From NCBI GenBank assembly GCA_001179505.1, contig CDMY01000781.1, positions 203,451 through 267,450 of the forward strand: a stretch of DNA of 64,000 nucleotides. The letters run 5' to 3'. Below are positions 22,737 through 33,337 of the stretch, piece by piece (positions within the stretch are counted from its first letter, which is position 1; the number at the start of each line of letters is the position of its first letter). Source of the DNA: Vitrella brassicaformis CCMP3155 (Eukaryota > Protista > Chromerida). A program made the translations under genes and the position numbers. The notes beneath the pieces were generated by a model that searched no databases, was not told the DNA's origin, and saw only the letters and a program-made list of their open reading frames with translations.

Positions 22737-23508
22737 TCAGCTCGCGTGCATGATGATCGGCAGCAGGATGTACTGCACACCCCACACAACACACAGACGG
22801 TCAGCACGCATATACATGGATGTGCGTGTGTGGTGTGAGTGGCCGTACCAGTGCGATGGCGAGTATGACGAGTGCGAGGATGATCTTGACCTTGATGTTG
22901 CGCCACCACATCATGCGCCGCAGGTCGACGGCGTTGCGCTGGAACTGCTGGGCCGATGTGCGGAGGTTGTCGGTCTTCTGCTCGAGCGATTCGATGTTCG
23001 CGTGGCTCTCCAGGATCTTCTTGACATTCTCCTGCATGATGTCCTTGACGTTGTCCACCTTCTCGCGCACCTCTGCCGTCTTGTCAAACTTGGCCGGCCG
23101 GTCATACGTGTCCATCAGCTCCTTGAGCGGCTTCCGCAGCGGCTTGGTCAGCGCGTTGGCGTCCAGCATGCTCAGCTTCTGCGCGTCCTCACTCAAACCA
23201 CCCACCGCCTGCTGCAGGTCCGTCAGACACGCGAAGGCGTGGCGCTCAGGGTACGAAGCCGTTCGGGTGCCCACGCAATACAGGCAGGTCAGCTCGCGGT
23301 CAGCGAGGAGGTAGAGGCAGCCCTCGCCGAAGAAGCGTTTGTCGCGGCCGCCCGGCGCCATGCGGGAGAGGGACTCTGACAGGTGGCCCTGGAAGGCCCT
23401 GTCGAGGTCGTTCTTCTCGTTGTTGCCCATCTTGTCGTAGGAAGAGGCGAGGATGACCTGGTCACGCATCCGCCCGATGGCCAAGTAGACGACGTTCTCG
23501 TTCGCCAT
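22737..23508 (-). CDS. Longin-domain R-SNARE (VAMP7-like synaptobrevin)
   Basis: N-terminal longin fold (VVYLAIGR...LYLLADRELTCLYCVGT..YPERHAFACL), SNARE helix VREKVDNVKDIMQENVKKIL...KTDNLRTSAQQFQRNA, then MWWRNIK and a TM anchor completed by a small last exon (YILLPIIMHAS*). Confidence 0.9.
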
Positions 23509-23664
23509 GGCGAATCAACCACTTCTCTGGCAGGCTGGCGATGTCAAGGCGAGACGATAGAGGCCGCGGCTCCACAACAACAGATATTGACCAGACGGCT
23601 CTACTTGAGCTCCCAAAACAAGAAAACCGTCAAAAGACCAACAGACGGTTCTCCGCCTCCCAGC

Positions 23665-23696
23665 TTGACCCTACAACCCTTGACCCTACAAACCCT
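23665..23696. repeat. Near-perfect 15/16-bp direct repeat (TTGACCCTACAA[A]CCC) in a divergent intergenic spacer
   Basis: ttgaccctacaaccc at 23665-23679 and ttgaccctacaaaccc at 23680-23695; includes AAACCCT. Confidence 0.8.
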
Positions 23697-23845
23697 GGCA
23701 TTGGCTTGCCTTCCCCCTCGGGCTTCTCCCTCTTCTTTCGTGCGCGCCACGCGACTGCTTCTATGGTGAGCTGCAGATACTCAAGCAACCGGCCGACTTT
23801 GCAATAGATTCACTGACCGAGTGACCGGGACTGAGACTACAAAAA

Positions 23846-26800
23846 ATGGAGGAAGACAGCAGTCCCCTTGAGTCGCGGCCCTCGAGGATATCATTCAGCC
23901 AGGGCACATTCAAGGCCAAGGCATCGCCGCCGAGAGTGACTGTCGGCCTCCGGCTACCTATCGCGGCCAGACGTTCGACGTCTGTGAGAAGCGGCGCTGG
24001 AGACGCGATGCCAACGGATGGTACGTCGTCTTTGCGGCTTTCGCTCTCCCAGTGGCTGGAGGCTATTGCAAGAGAAGAGCTCGAATTCATAGGCAGCCCG
24101 CCACCGACGGAGAGGGGCAGCCCCAGGGCGAGACAGCAGTATGTGCGGTGGGTGAGGCTGCAATGTTTTTACCGCGCCCTCTGCAAGATCCTGGAGTTCC
24201 AGCTGCCGTTCTTGCCGCGACCGCCCACTGATGTGTTGAAGGCTGCCTCGCCACTGTGGTATTCAGCTCTAATGGACATGAGGGAGAGGGAGGGAGACAC
24301 CAGAGAGGGAGCCGAGTTGCCGATGACCACCCTTCCTTGGCTGAAACAGTCATCAGAGAGCATCCTCGGCCGCGTTGGAAGACGACGGCCGCAGAGCGCC
24401 CCACCCGAGAGAGCCCCAAGACAGGAGATATCATGGCAAGACTTCTACACCTTCCTGACTTCGTTTGACACCGAAGCCTTCATTGCCAAGGCGTCGGCCG
24501 AGGCGAGAAGGGCCATATTCGAACGAGACAGAGGGAGGGCGGACCGGCGGTCGAGCAGTGAGGAGCCGGGGTATCCCTCAGGAGACTCCTCGCCGGCGGG
24601 AAGGCCTGTGCGGCTTGTCGCGGGGAGGCAGCCGCGGAGGCAGTAAGCACGGGGGGAGGAGAAATGGGGACAGTGATGAGGGGGATGAGTGGCCTGTGTT
24701 TGCAGGGTGATGTATGACCGCGGCAAGACGTTTCAGGAGCTGCTGAAGGAGCTACCAGGCGTCATTCAGGCAAAAGTCGAGCTGCTGCGGGTAGCTGGAG
24801 GAACCGGGATGCGGCTGTGCGTATCGAAGCCACGATGTCTGTTCCTGTCGTCTTTTCGATCAGGGTCACTTTCCCGGTCTGTCTTGCCAGAGTGATGGGT
24901 CGCTGGAGAAACTGAGTGTGCTCTTCAAGTCAGAGACCAAGCGCAAAGGAAACATCATCATCGAGTGAGTGAGTCAGTGAATGAGCAGACGGATACACAC
25001 ACCGTCAGTCGAATTGTGTTCTGTGTCTGTTGCTGCTCTCTGCCTCCCGCAGAGAGGGCTCCAGTCTGTCTCATGTCTACATCATCAGCTCAGGCACATG
25101 TCGATCGCGAAAACTAAAAGTGCCGCCACCACCGGCAGAGTCCGCCGCCATCCGCGAGGCAGCCGCGGCAACCCCCTCCCTCACGCAGGCCGAGCTCGGG
25201 CATGTCCTGGACCGGCTGTGCCCCCGCACCTACCAGGACGTCAGTGTGGCCGAACGAGGTCACGTTGTGGGGCTAATCTCTGCGTTGGTGGGAATACCCG
25301 AGCCACTGACTGTTGTGGCTGACTCAGCCAATGTCGAGTGCTATACGATTGCGGCGAATGATGCCAAGACGAAGCTCCCGAAGGACTCGTTTCGGCGGCT
25401 GGTGGCCATGGCGGTCCAACGGGCAGCCATCTATGCACCTGAACAACTCCAAGTGCAGCTGCAGAGGTAAGCAAAATCTATGGGTTCATCCCACCTCGAC
25501 TGTCTCATTGCTCCATTTCCTCTGGTCAGAGGCGAGCGTGCCATCCTTCGCACACTGGTGGAGGCCTACTCCTCCTTGTATGGCCTCCCGTCCTTCCAGC
25601 ACTCGCCCTTCCTGCGCAACAAGATGCACCAACACCCTCACGCCCTGCAGCTGCTGGAGCACCTCGACACCGATCCCGAACTGCTGCCAGTCCCTCTCAC
25701 CTCTGACCTCTCACTGCTGGAGCTGCTGTGTCTCCACTCGGGCGAGTTCAGTCCACCCGAGCACACGGACCAGAGGCATGACGTCAGGAAGGCAGCTCTC
25801 TTCATGGGGCTGGTGCTGAGGCCCCGGCCTCTCAAGGTGGGGGCAAGGGTCACCAAGCGGGAGGTGCAGGCAGCGAAACGGGTCAAGGAGGCCATGGAGC
25901 GGTCACAAAAAACTAGCTTCAAACAACTGCTAAGGGTATGAAGCGAATGGAATGCTCGGATCCTTCTCATCAGTCGATTGTCTGCTTTCAGAATCCCTAC
26001 CTGGATGCTGATCTCTGCCCCCCTCGCACAGCAACGCCACCAGCCGAGATGCTTGAAGCAGCAGCTGAAGGCGATTTGGTGTCTCCTCCGTTTCTGCCCA
26101 TCATGACGAAACAGAAGTCGCGCGCCTTCCTGGTGTCCAAAGAACGGCACAAGGAGCTGCATCGACCGGTGCCGCCACTCATGCCCGAGGATGACGAGAT
26201 GCTGCAGAAACCGCCAGATGGATTCCTGGATGAACTGCCAGCTGAGAGGTGAGGCACAGGCATGCAGGCACGTGATCGATCGATGTGTATATATGTGTCC
26301 TTGTCGGTCTGTGTGTCTCGCATGTGCTGCCCAGAGCTTTCAGCCACCGATATGTGGTGATCCGCCCGCTGCAGAAGCCACCCAAAGGGGAGCAGCAACT
26401 GACTTCCAAGACACCAGCTGCTGCTTCGGACAAGCCATTTGACAAAGACACCCACACCGAGAGACGGCGGCCCCACTCGGCCTCATCGGCTTCCCTGTGC
26501 ACCCACACAACCCTCCCGCCCCCTTCACCTCCCCCAATGCCTGGCATGTCTCGCCCCGACTCGACTGCGGCCCTGTTCACGGATCAACCTTCACGGCCCG
26601 GCACAACAGCAGCAACAGGCAGTATGTTCAGGTCCATGTCTGAGCGGCCTATCAGGAGAGGCAGCGAAACACGGCCTCACACGACGATTGCCGACATAAG
26701 AGACATGGTCATGGCTCGATCGTCCAGTGGCATTGGAATTGGGGTGATGACGGAACAGGAGGAGACAGAGGCGCGGCTGCTGTGGATTCGGTCACTCAGA

Positions 26801-27283
26801 GGGCTGCACGCGCACATCCCTCGATCCCATCGGCCAGGACATGCTGAAGCCGAGGGTGCCGATGCAGACCGCCCGCCGACCCGGATACCCTTACGACGGC
26901 TCTCCTTCACCCCCGAGACACAACACATGCCTGACCGAGAGCAGCTCTCATCCCTCACTCTCAAGGCGACATCCCTCCAGACCGCGCCGAAGAGACAACC
27001 GACGGTGCCGAGAGAAAGACCGCCACATCCCCCACGGCCAGAGAGCAGCAGCAAAGGATCAGACGCACTGCCACTGAGCCGGCCGGGGTCGTCTCTGTCT
27101 GTTGCCTCGGCGAGGGACCGCCCGCCGAGCAGCACCAGCAGCACCGGCAGTCGGGGGAGGCGGCAGAGGCGGGAGGTGAAAGGCAACGCGCGCGTATATC
27201 GTGGGCCGGTGCCGCCTGGCAAAGGCGGTGATCAGGAAGGGGTTGGATTGCTAGACGCATGGGAGGGAGGAGGTGGTGCGTAG
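23846..27283 (+). CDS. Hypothetical multi-exon protein with a long disordered S/R/P-rich C-terminus
   Basis: ORFs 23846-24646, 25030-25470, 25480-25941, 25938-26252 and 26285-27283 are joined by GT-AG introns with compatible phases where checked. No family motif recognised. Confidence 0.6.
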
Positions 27284-27669
27284 GTCGGTGTGTCATAGGG
27301 ACGGATGGATACATGCAGTGTACATAGAAGAGCTAGCCATTGGGTCTTTCCGAGGCGTACGTCACACTGTCTTAGGTTTGTGTCATTGCTTGGCTTCACT
27401 CTGTCTGTCTGTCTGTCAAGGTCATTCTACTTCGTGTATTGCTCTTGACACAAATTAGCGAAGCATTCTTACAACAGGGCACTGACTGTGGCAAGCCGAT
27501 TCCTGCAGTTGACACGTGGGCGTCAAATAGAGGTTGCATGGCGGGGGTGTCTCTTTGGATTGGAGACATATAGTCGGTCCGAGTACACTGATTCGTGTAG
27601 CACGACATTGGCAGCTACTCATCCGAGCCATCGTAGGCAGCTACTCCAGTCAGTCAAAGGGTTTCTATT

Positions 27670-30400
27670 CTATTGACTCTCTCTCCACCTGTCTGATTCC
27701 GGCCAGTCACCCCCAAAAAACTCACTCATGCCTCTCTTGCGCCGCGCCTCATGTCTGAGTCTGCGCCAACACCCGCGTGCCTCTCCTGTCATAGCCCTCT
27801 CCAACTCATTGCTGAGCTGCCGAGCTATGAAACGAGGAAAGCGCATGCCCACATGTGCCAGCACAGCCTCACACAGCGACACAGTGTCATCCATTGACGC
27901 ACGGCGTGAGAATACGGCAGAAGAAGAGAAGCCAGACTCGGGCAGCGACACGGTATCCTCCATGGAGGTAGGGGGTGCGAAAACGGCATACGGGGAGAGG
28001 GCCGACACATTCTCAACCAGCCATCGGGGGAACACACGGCCGAAAACTCGACACAACCGAACACACGAGGGGCCTGTCTGCACCGCCACGAAGCCACGCG
28101 ATAGCAGCTGGCTTCTGACTGCCTCACAGCTGACTCCCACCATATCGATGGGACTGGCTTCGACACGACTGGCTTCTAGCTCATCACCGGAGGAGCAAGA
28201 GAAGCTCCAGCGGTCGAACGTGACGACGATCGAGTCGAGGAGAGGGCACCTATCGATGGCGTGAAGACACACCTTCAAGATGCCCCTATCCCCTTCCTGA
28301 TCGTATGCCTTCTCCTTCGCTGGCTCACTGCTGCCCCCCTTCTTATCATCTCTGATGCTACGCTCCCAACGGACTGTGACACTGATCTTCTGAACGCGCC
28401 TCTGGACCCCTTTCTGTCCCTCACTCCCACCCCCGCCCTCCCACAGCGCCCACACGCTCGTGTCGACCCTCACACCAGCGGACTCTCTATAATCGGTCTT
28501 GATGTGTAGAGGGGAGCCTGTCTGGCTGCACGCCCCCAAGCAGCGAGGGAAGAAGAACGGCACAGAAATCCGTGCTTTCCTCTCAAAATGCACCTCTCTG
28601 ATCGACTTGAGGTCTAAGGCCTTGCTCACTGCCTCCTCTCTCATCCCCACTGCCTCTCCCAGATCAAGCGTTGTGACCCGAGGGAGGTAGGTATCAGATA
28701 TGTGCGAGAGGACAGCACCAGGAAGAGGCTCTGAGCCAGCAGCAGAATGGCACAATTGCAGCTTCTCAGCTTGCAAAAAGACCAGCTGAGGGAGCCGATA
28801 CAGCACAACAGACGGTACTGCCTCGCCCTGCCCCAGCCCATGAGGAAACACGACACGCTTGACGAGAGAAGCGAGATGGATGAGTGTGTCAGCCCAGGAT
28901 GGGCAGTTCTCCAAGTGCTGCAGCTCCCGCAGGATGTCAAAGGTGACGCCAAGACAGCAGGTGAAGGTGATGATGCCGTGGGGGGCCATCCATGTGGATC
29001 GAAGATGCGCAACGATCTGATGGACGGCACACACATCCACGCGACACATTTGCTTCTGGTGCCCTGCATGTGGGCAGCAGCATTTAGCCTCCACGTACCT
29101 GTAAGAATTCGGTATCGATGCTGTGCTCTCTGTCATCGAGGTCTATGTGAAGCTCTTCCAGCTGCATGGCGAAGTCGATAACCTTGTCCAAGTTCCACCT
29201 TCTGATTGGAGCACACCGGATGCGTCTGAGCCGTCTGCCATATAGAGCACACACACAGCACACGTGCGCGCGAACGAAGTGGCTAACATATGTGGGCATA
29301 CGCCGATGCCCTCCTCTCTTCTCACTTGATGGATGGCTTGAGCATGTGGCGGAGGTCCTCGATGTGCCAGGCGCCCCCCCATCCCTCTGGGACCTCGAGC
29401 GTCAGATGATGCGGTCCCGGCCCTGCCAGCCAGCCGCTGCAGGCATCGCCCTTGTGGCCAGAGCACTTCTCGGGGTGGTCGTAGTCTAAGTCAAGTTGAG
29501 GTAGGTCATCCACGACAAACGTGTCGCGAAGCTGGATATCGACGAGCGAGCTGCAGACAGACAGACAGACAGACAGACAGACAGCGGAAGATGCGAGTGT
29601 GGGGTTCTCTGACCATGTATTTAGCTTACATGGGTGTCCAGTGCCGTCTGTTGGCGACACAGATCCACCAACCGGCCACCTTGACGCGTGCCAGCAGGGG
29701 GAAGATGACCTCTTCGCCCGTTCGTCCCTCCCGCAGCCATTCGCCGACGGCTTTGTCTACATGATAACAATCCGACCACGCCTCAAGCTCCTCCAGCGAG
29801 TCCCTCGCATGCTCGAGCAGCTCCACCACGCCCAGGCTCGGCGCACATGCCAAGACCGCTCGCTTCGCCCGGCTGAATGCCGAACCCCACACAGCCACCT
29901 GCTGTGGGGTCACCGTGATGGCGAAGGAGAAGCGGTTGCCCAGGTGGAGGGTCTTGTGTGTGACCGGCTTGCGGGAGATGGTGTGCAGGGACGGGTGTGA
30001 GGGGGCGAGCTTGGTGATGATGGTCTTGGTGCCGACAAGGGGGCCGATGTGGCCGCTGAAGCATGACTCGGGCAGAGTGATGAGAGACGGGACGGAGGAA
30101 GACTGACACACACACACACACTCACACACACACATACACAAATGGAGCATTGCATGTTGTCAGTCAGCTCAATGCGCGACTTGTGTGCAGGTGTCAGCAT
30201 ACCGGTCGCTGCAGCATGGCCGAGATGGTGTCACATTTGGTGTTGGCAAGGTGCACGAGCGACTCCACTTCACTCGGCCGTAGGTCGTCATGAGCAAGCC
30301 TCTGGAGGAGACTTACCAGCACCGCACACTGGCCACGGACGTGCTGAAGGAACCAACGGCCAGCAGCGCACAGACAAAATGAGCATCTTCATGTGTGATG
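27670..30400 (-). CDS. Lineage-specific protein with an F-box-like N-terminal motif and LRR-like body; 5' end uncertain
   Basis: Exon 29626-30103 begins SSSVPSLITLPESCFSGHIGPL (F-box-like L..LP). Downstream exons include LEELHIDL and LPRVTTLDL, and the long terminal exon spans 27670-29100. Confidence 0.55.
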
Positions 30401-31084
30401 GTCGGTGCACCTTGATCTCACCTCTGAGGCTCTGATTCCGGGCGGCTGCGATGAGTCATCTCTACTGCGGCTAAGTTTCAACACCCTCCCAGCCTGCAGA
30501 CAACACGCAACAGACACGCAGCAGCAGTGCGGCACGGGTGCAGCCGGGTGGATCACCTGTCTGTCTTGTGTTCACCCACCCTCTGACGAAGCTCCTCAAT
30601 GCCTTGCTGGAGTGCCGCCAGCTGAGCACACTTGCTCCTCAGACCAGCAAGATGCGACGCCTGTACGCGACACGACAGAGATCAGCCTGCATTCACACCG
30701 CACCGCGTCTACAACAGGCCTTGGCTTACCTCAGTCATTTTTCGCGAGCCTCTTCGTTCATTCCAGGCTCGCATGCAGCGTGCATGTGGAGCGTGCGTGG
30801 GTGATTCCTGTTGCGTGTCGTTCGTTTGCTTGTGCGTGAAAGACACTGGACCAGGCTTTCGGGCCACTTACGACATTCGGTGTAACCGCTCTCCCGCATG
30901 CGCCGCGCTAGGGACAGGCGTCTATAACCGACCGACCTGGGAAGAATTCCAGCACAGATCTCTCTCGGGGCGGCCTCATCACACATTGTGCTCCAGCCTG
31001 AGACTCACAGGCCAGCAGGTAAGAGCTGGGATAGTGTGTTGAAACTGCCTCCCGTTACGAGAGTGGTCCGTTGTGTGTGTCAGG

Positions 31085-33006
31085 ATGGGCAATAAGACTT
31101 CAAGCGACAGCAAGTCAGCTGACGAGGGCAAGGGGAAGGACAAGAAGGGAGCATCTGCATCATCATCCCTTGAGGTCGGAAAGAGCACGAAGACGGAGGG
31201 ACATGGGGCGTCGATGAATTCCCCGTAGCAAAGGCACCATTGCATGCCCACCGACAGAGTGTCGGTGTCGTCACATTGCCTCTCCCTCCTCTGTCGCGCC
31301 TGTGTTTGTGCATCAGGTGGCTTCCACTATAGGTGCTGCGTCTACGCGGGCGCCGACCGGCACATGTGCGGGCAGCGGCGACGACAATATGACACACGTG
31401 GTGGGAAGAGCACCCCAAAGGCAAACGCAGTAGCTGCACCAATGGATGAGTGGGCCTTTCTGTGCTTCACTGCGGCAGGCTGGTGCAACTGAGATGTCCG
31501 GATCGGTCAGCGAGATGATGCCCCTCAACGGTATGTCTACACACATGCACACACAACACGCGCCCACCAATGATGGTGTTGCTTGCCGCTGCAGACCGCC
31601 GTGAGCGGAACCGCCAGGGTCGCCAGGACAGGGGTGGCCGAGTGGGTGGCGACCCGTCGGACGATGAGGGCGGCTCGAGTGACGACGACAGCAACGATGA
31701 CGAGAGCAGCAGCGGCGATTACGATGATGAGAATGACGAGGACTACGATCCACCCGACGGTCAGCCACGCACACACACAGATGGACACAGACAGTGAGAG
31801 AGCGTCGATCACATCTCTGGTGCAACCCCCTGCTGCAGAGGATGACGATGACGATGATTATGAGAGTTCGGGTACGCACACACGAATGCACCCACGTGCC
31901 TGCCGCCATGCCCCCGTGTCTGCTGTTTGTCAGGGAGTGGCGGCGACCACCTCAGCGATTCGACCTATAAGCAGCCCAAGGCGACCGGCAAGGCGGCAGT
32001 ACGGGCGGCAGTACGGGCAACCCCCGTCCATCAATCGACCGTCCAGGGCGTGTTCTTCGACGAACAGCGCCGCTTCTGGACCGCCCAGGTCAGGGTGAAC
32101 GGCAAATGGAAATCAAGGTCTTTCGGCGTGCGCAAGTATGGGGGCCGCGACGAGGCCAGGAGGGCGGCAGAGGAGTGTCGGCTGCAGAACGAACAAGACA
32201 ACGAGAAGGCCGGCCGCCCCATCAAGAGCTACAAGAAGAGCGAGATCACCGGCGTGTACCGCGATGACGAGAGAGGCCGTTGGGTTGCGTCGTGGTACGA
32301 GAGCAGCAAGCAGAAGCTGGAGTATTTCTCGGTGGCCAAGCTCGGCGAGGAGGGCGCCAAGCAGGCGGCCATTAGGCGGCGGGAGATGATGGAGAAGATC
32401 TGGCCGGATCAGAGAATTGTGCGTGTGTGAGCATGAATGGCATTGACGTGGTTTATTCTCACTTTATGTCTGCTGTCTGTATGCGTCCCTGTTCAGGCCG
32501 CCATCACTGTCGACCGCAAGAACCAGAAGCTCATCGACCAGCTGGCCGCCAAGGTCAAGGGGGTGTACTTCGACAAAGCACACAACGCCTTGGAGGCGTA
32601 CTGGAACGAGGGCGGCAAGACCTGCACCAAAGGCTTCGCCATCAACAAACACGGCATCAAGGGGGCCTACGACAAGGCCGTCGCGGTTCGCAAGGCAAAG
32701 GAGGCGAGCGGTGCGGCGAGCCTTAAGCAGCCAGCCGAGAGGCAGAGCGGCCACAGGGGTGTGAGATGGGACAAGAGGCGGAAGAGATGGGTGGCCTACT
32801 GGCCTAATCCGTCTTGCAAGCAACAGACGCGCTGCTTCCCTCTGTCTGAGTATGGGAGTGACAGTGCAGCCCTTGATGCTGCGATTCGCTGTCGGGAGAA
32901 GATGGTGGAGCAGACCAAGAGAGAGAAGCAAGACAAGCTGATGTCATCAAGCAAGCGGCCCTCAGATGCCATATACGGCAGCAGCGTGCGACGGAAGGTG
33001 AAATAG
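31085..33006 (+). CDS. ApiAP2-type transcription factor with four AP2 domains; paralogue of the gene at 19562-22428
   Basis: AP2 domains STVQGVFFDEQRRFWTA, SEITGVYRDDERGRWVASW, KVKGVYFDKAHNALEAYW and SGHRGVRWDKRRKRWVAYW. Upstream acidic exons splice in frame back to MGNKTSSDSK at 31085. Confidence 0.88.
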
Positions 33007-33337
33007 CGAGGGAGTGTCTCCATACCCTCTTACTCTGCAGTCAGGCTTTTTCTTACGCGCATACGCGAGTGTTTCAATGTGTTTTGTGTGGGTGCCCGAT
33101 GACACAAGAGAGAGCGGTTCTTTTGTTGTGCACACACGCCATTGTTGTAAGTGTAGAGTGTCTGTGGCCTTGTTTGTGAGGACTTACTGACAGACAGAAG
33201 CCCACAACAAAGACCTTCCTTGAATGCAATCATCCATTTCAATGACTGTACAATGAGTATTCACAACACCGTATCTGACTGTATATGTACACACGCCAAG
33301 ACCCACTTGCAAACCCATCCCATCCGCTCAGGTCAGA

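Noticed and set aside
30830-31020. Possible homology of this exon-like stretch (YDIRCNR...VYNRPTWEEF) to 22320-22430 (SIQCERR...VYGARDLTEEH) upstream of the other AP2 gene
   Set aside because: The similarity is only a few residues, and the segment is out of frame with the AP2 start; it needs a proper alignment.
19562-33006. AP2 pair as the ends of a transposon or HNH-AP2 homing element
   Set aside because: No transposase, HNH nuclease, terminal inverted repeats or target-site duplication was recognised.
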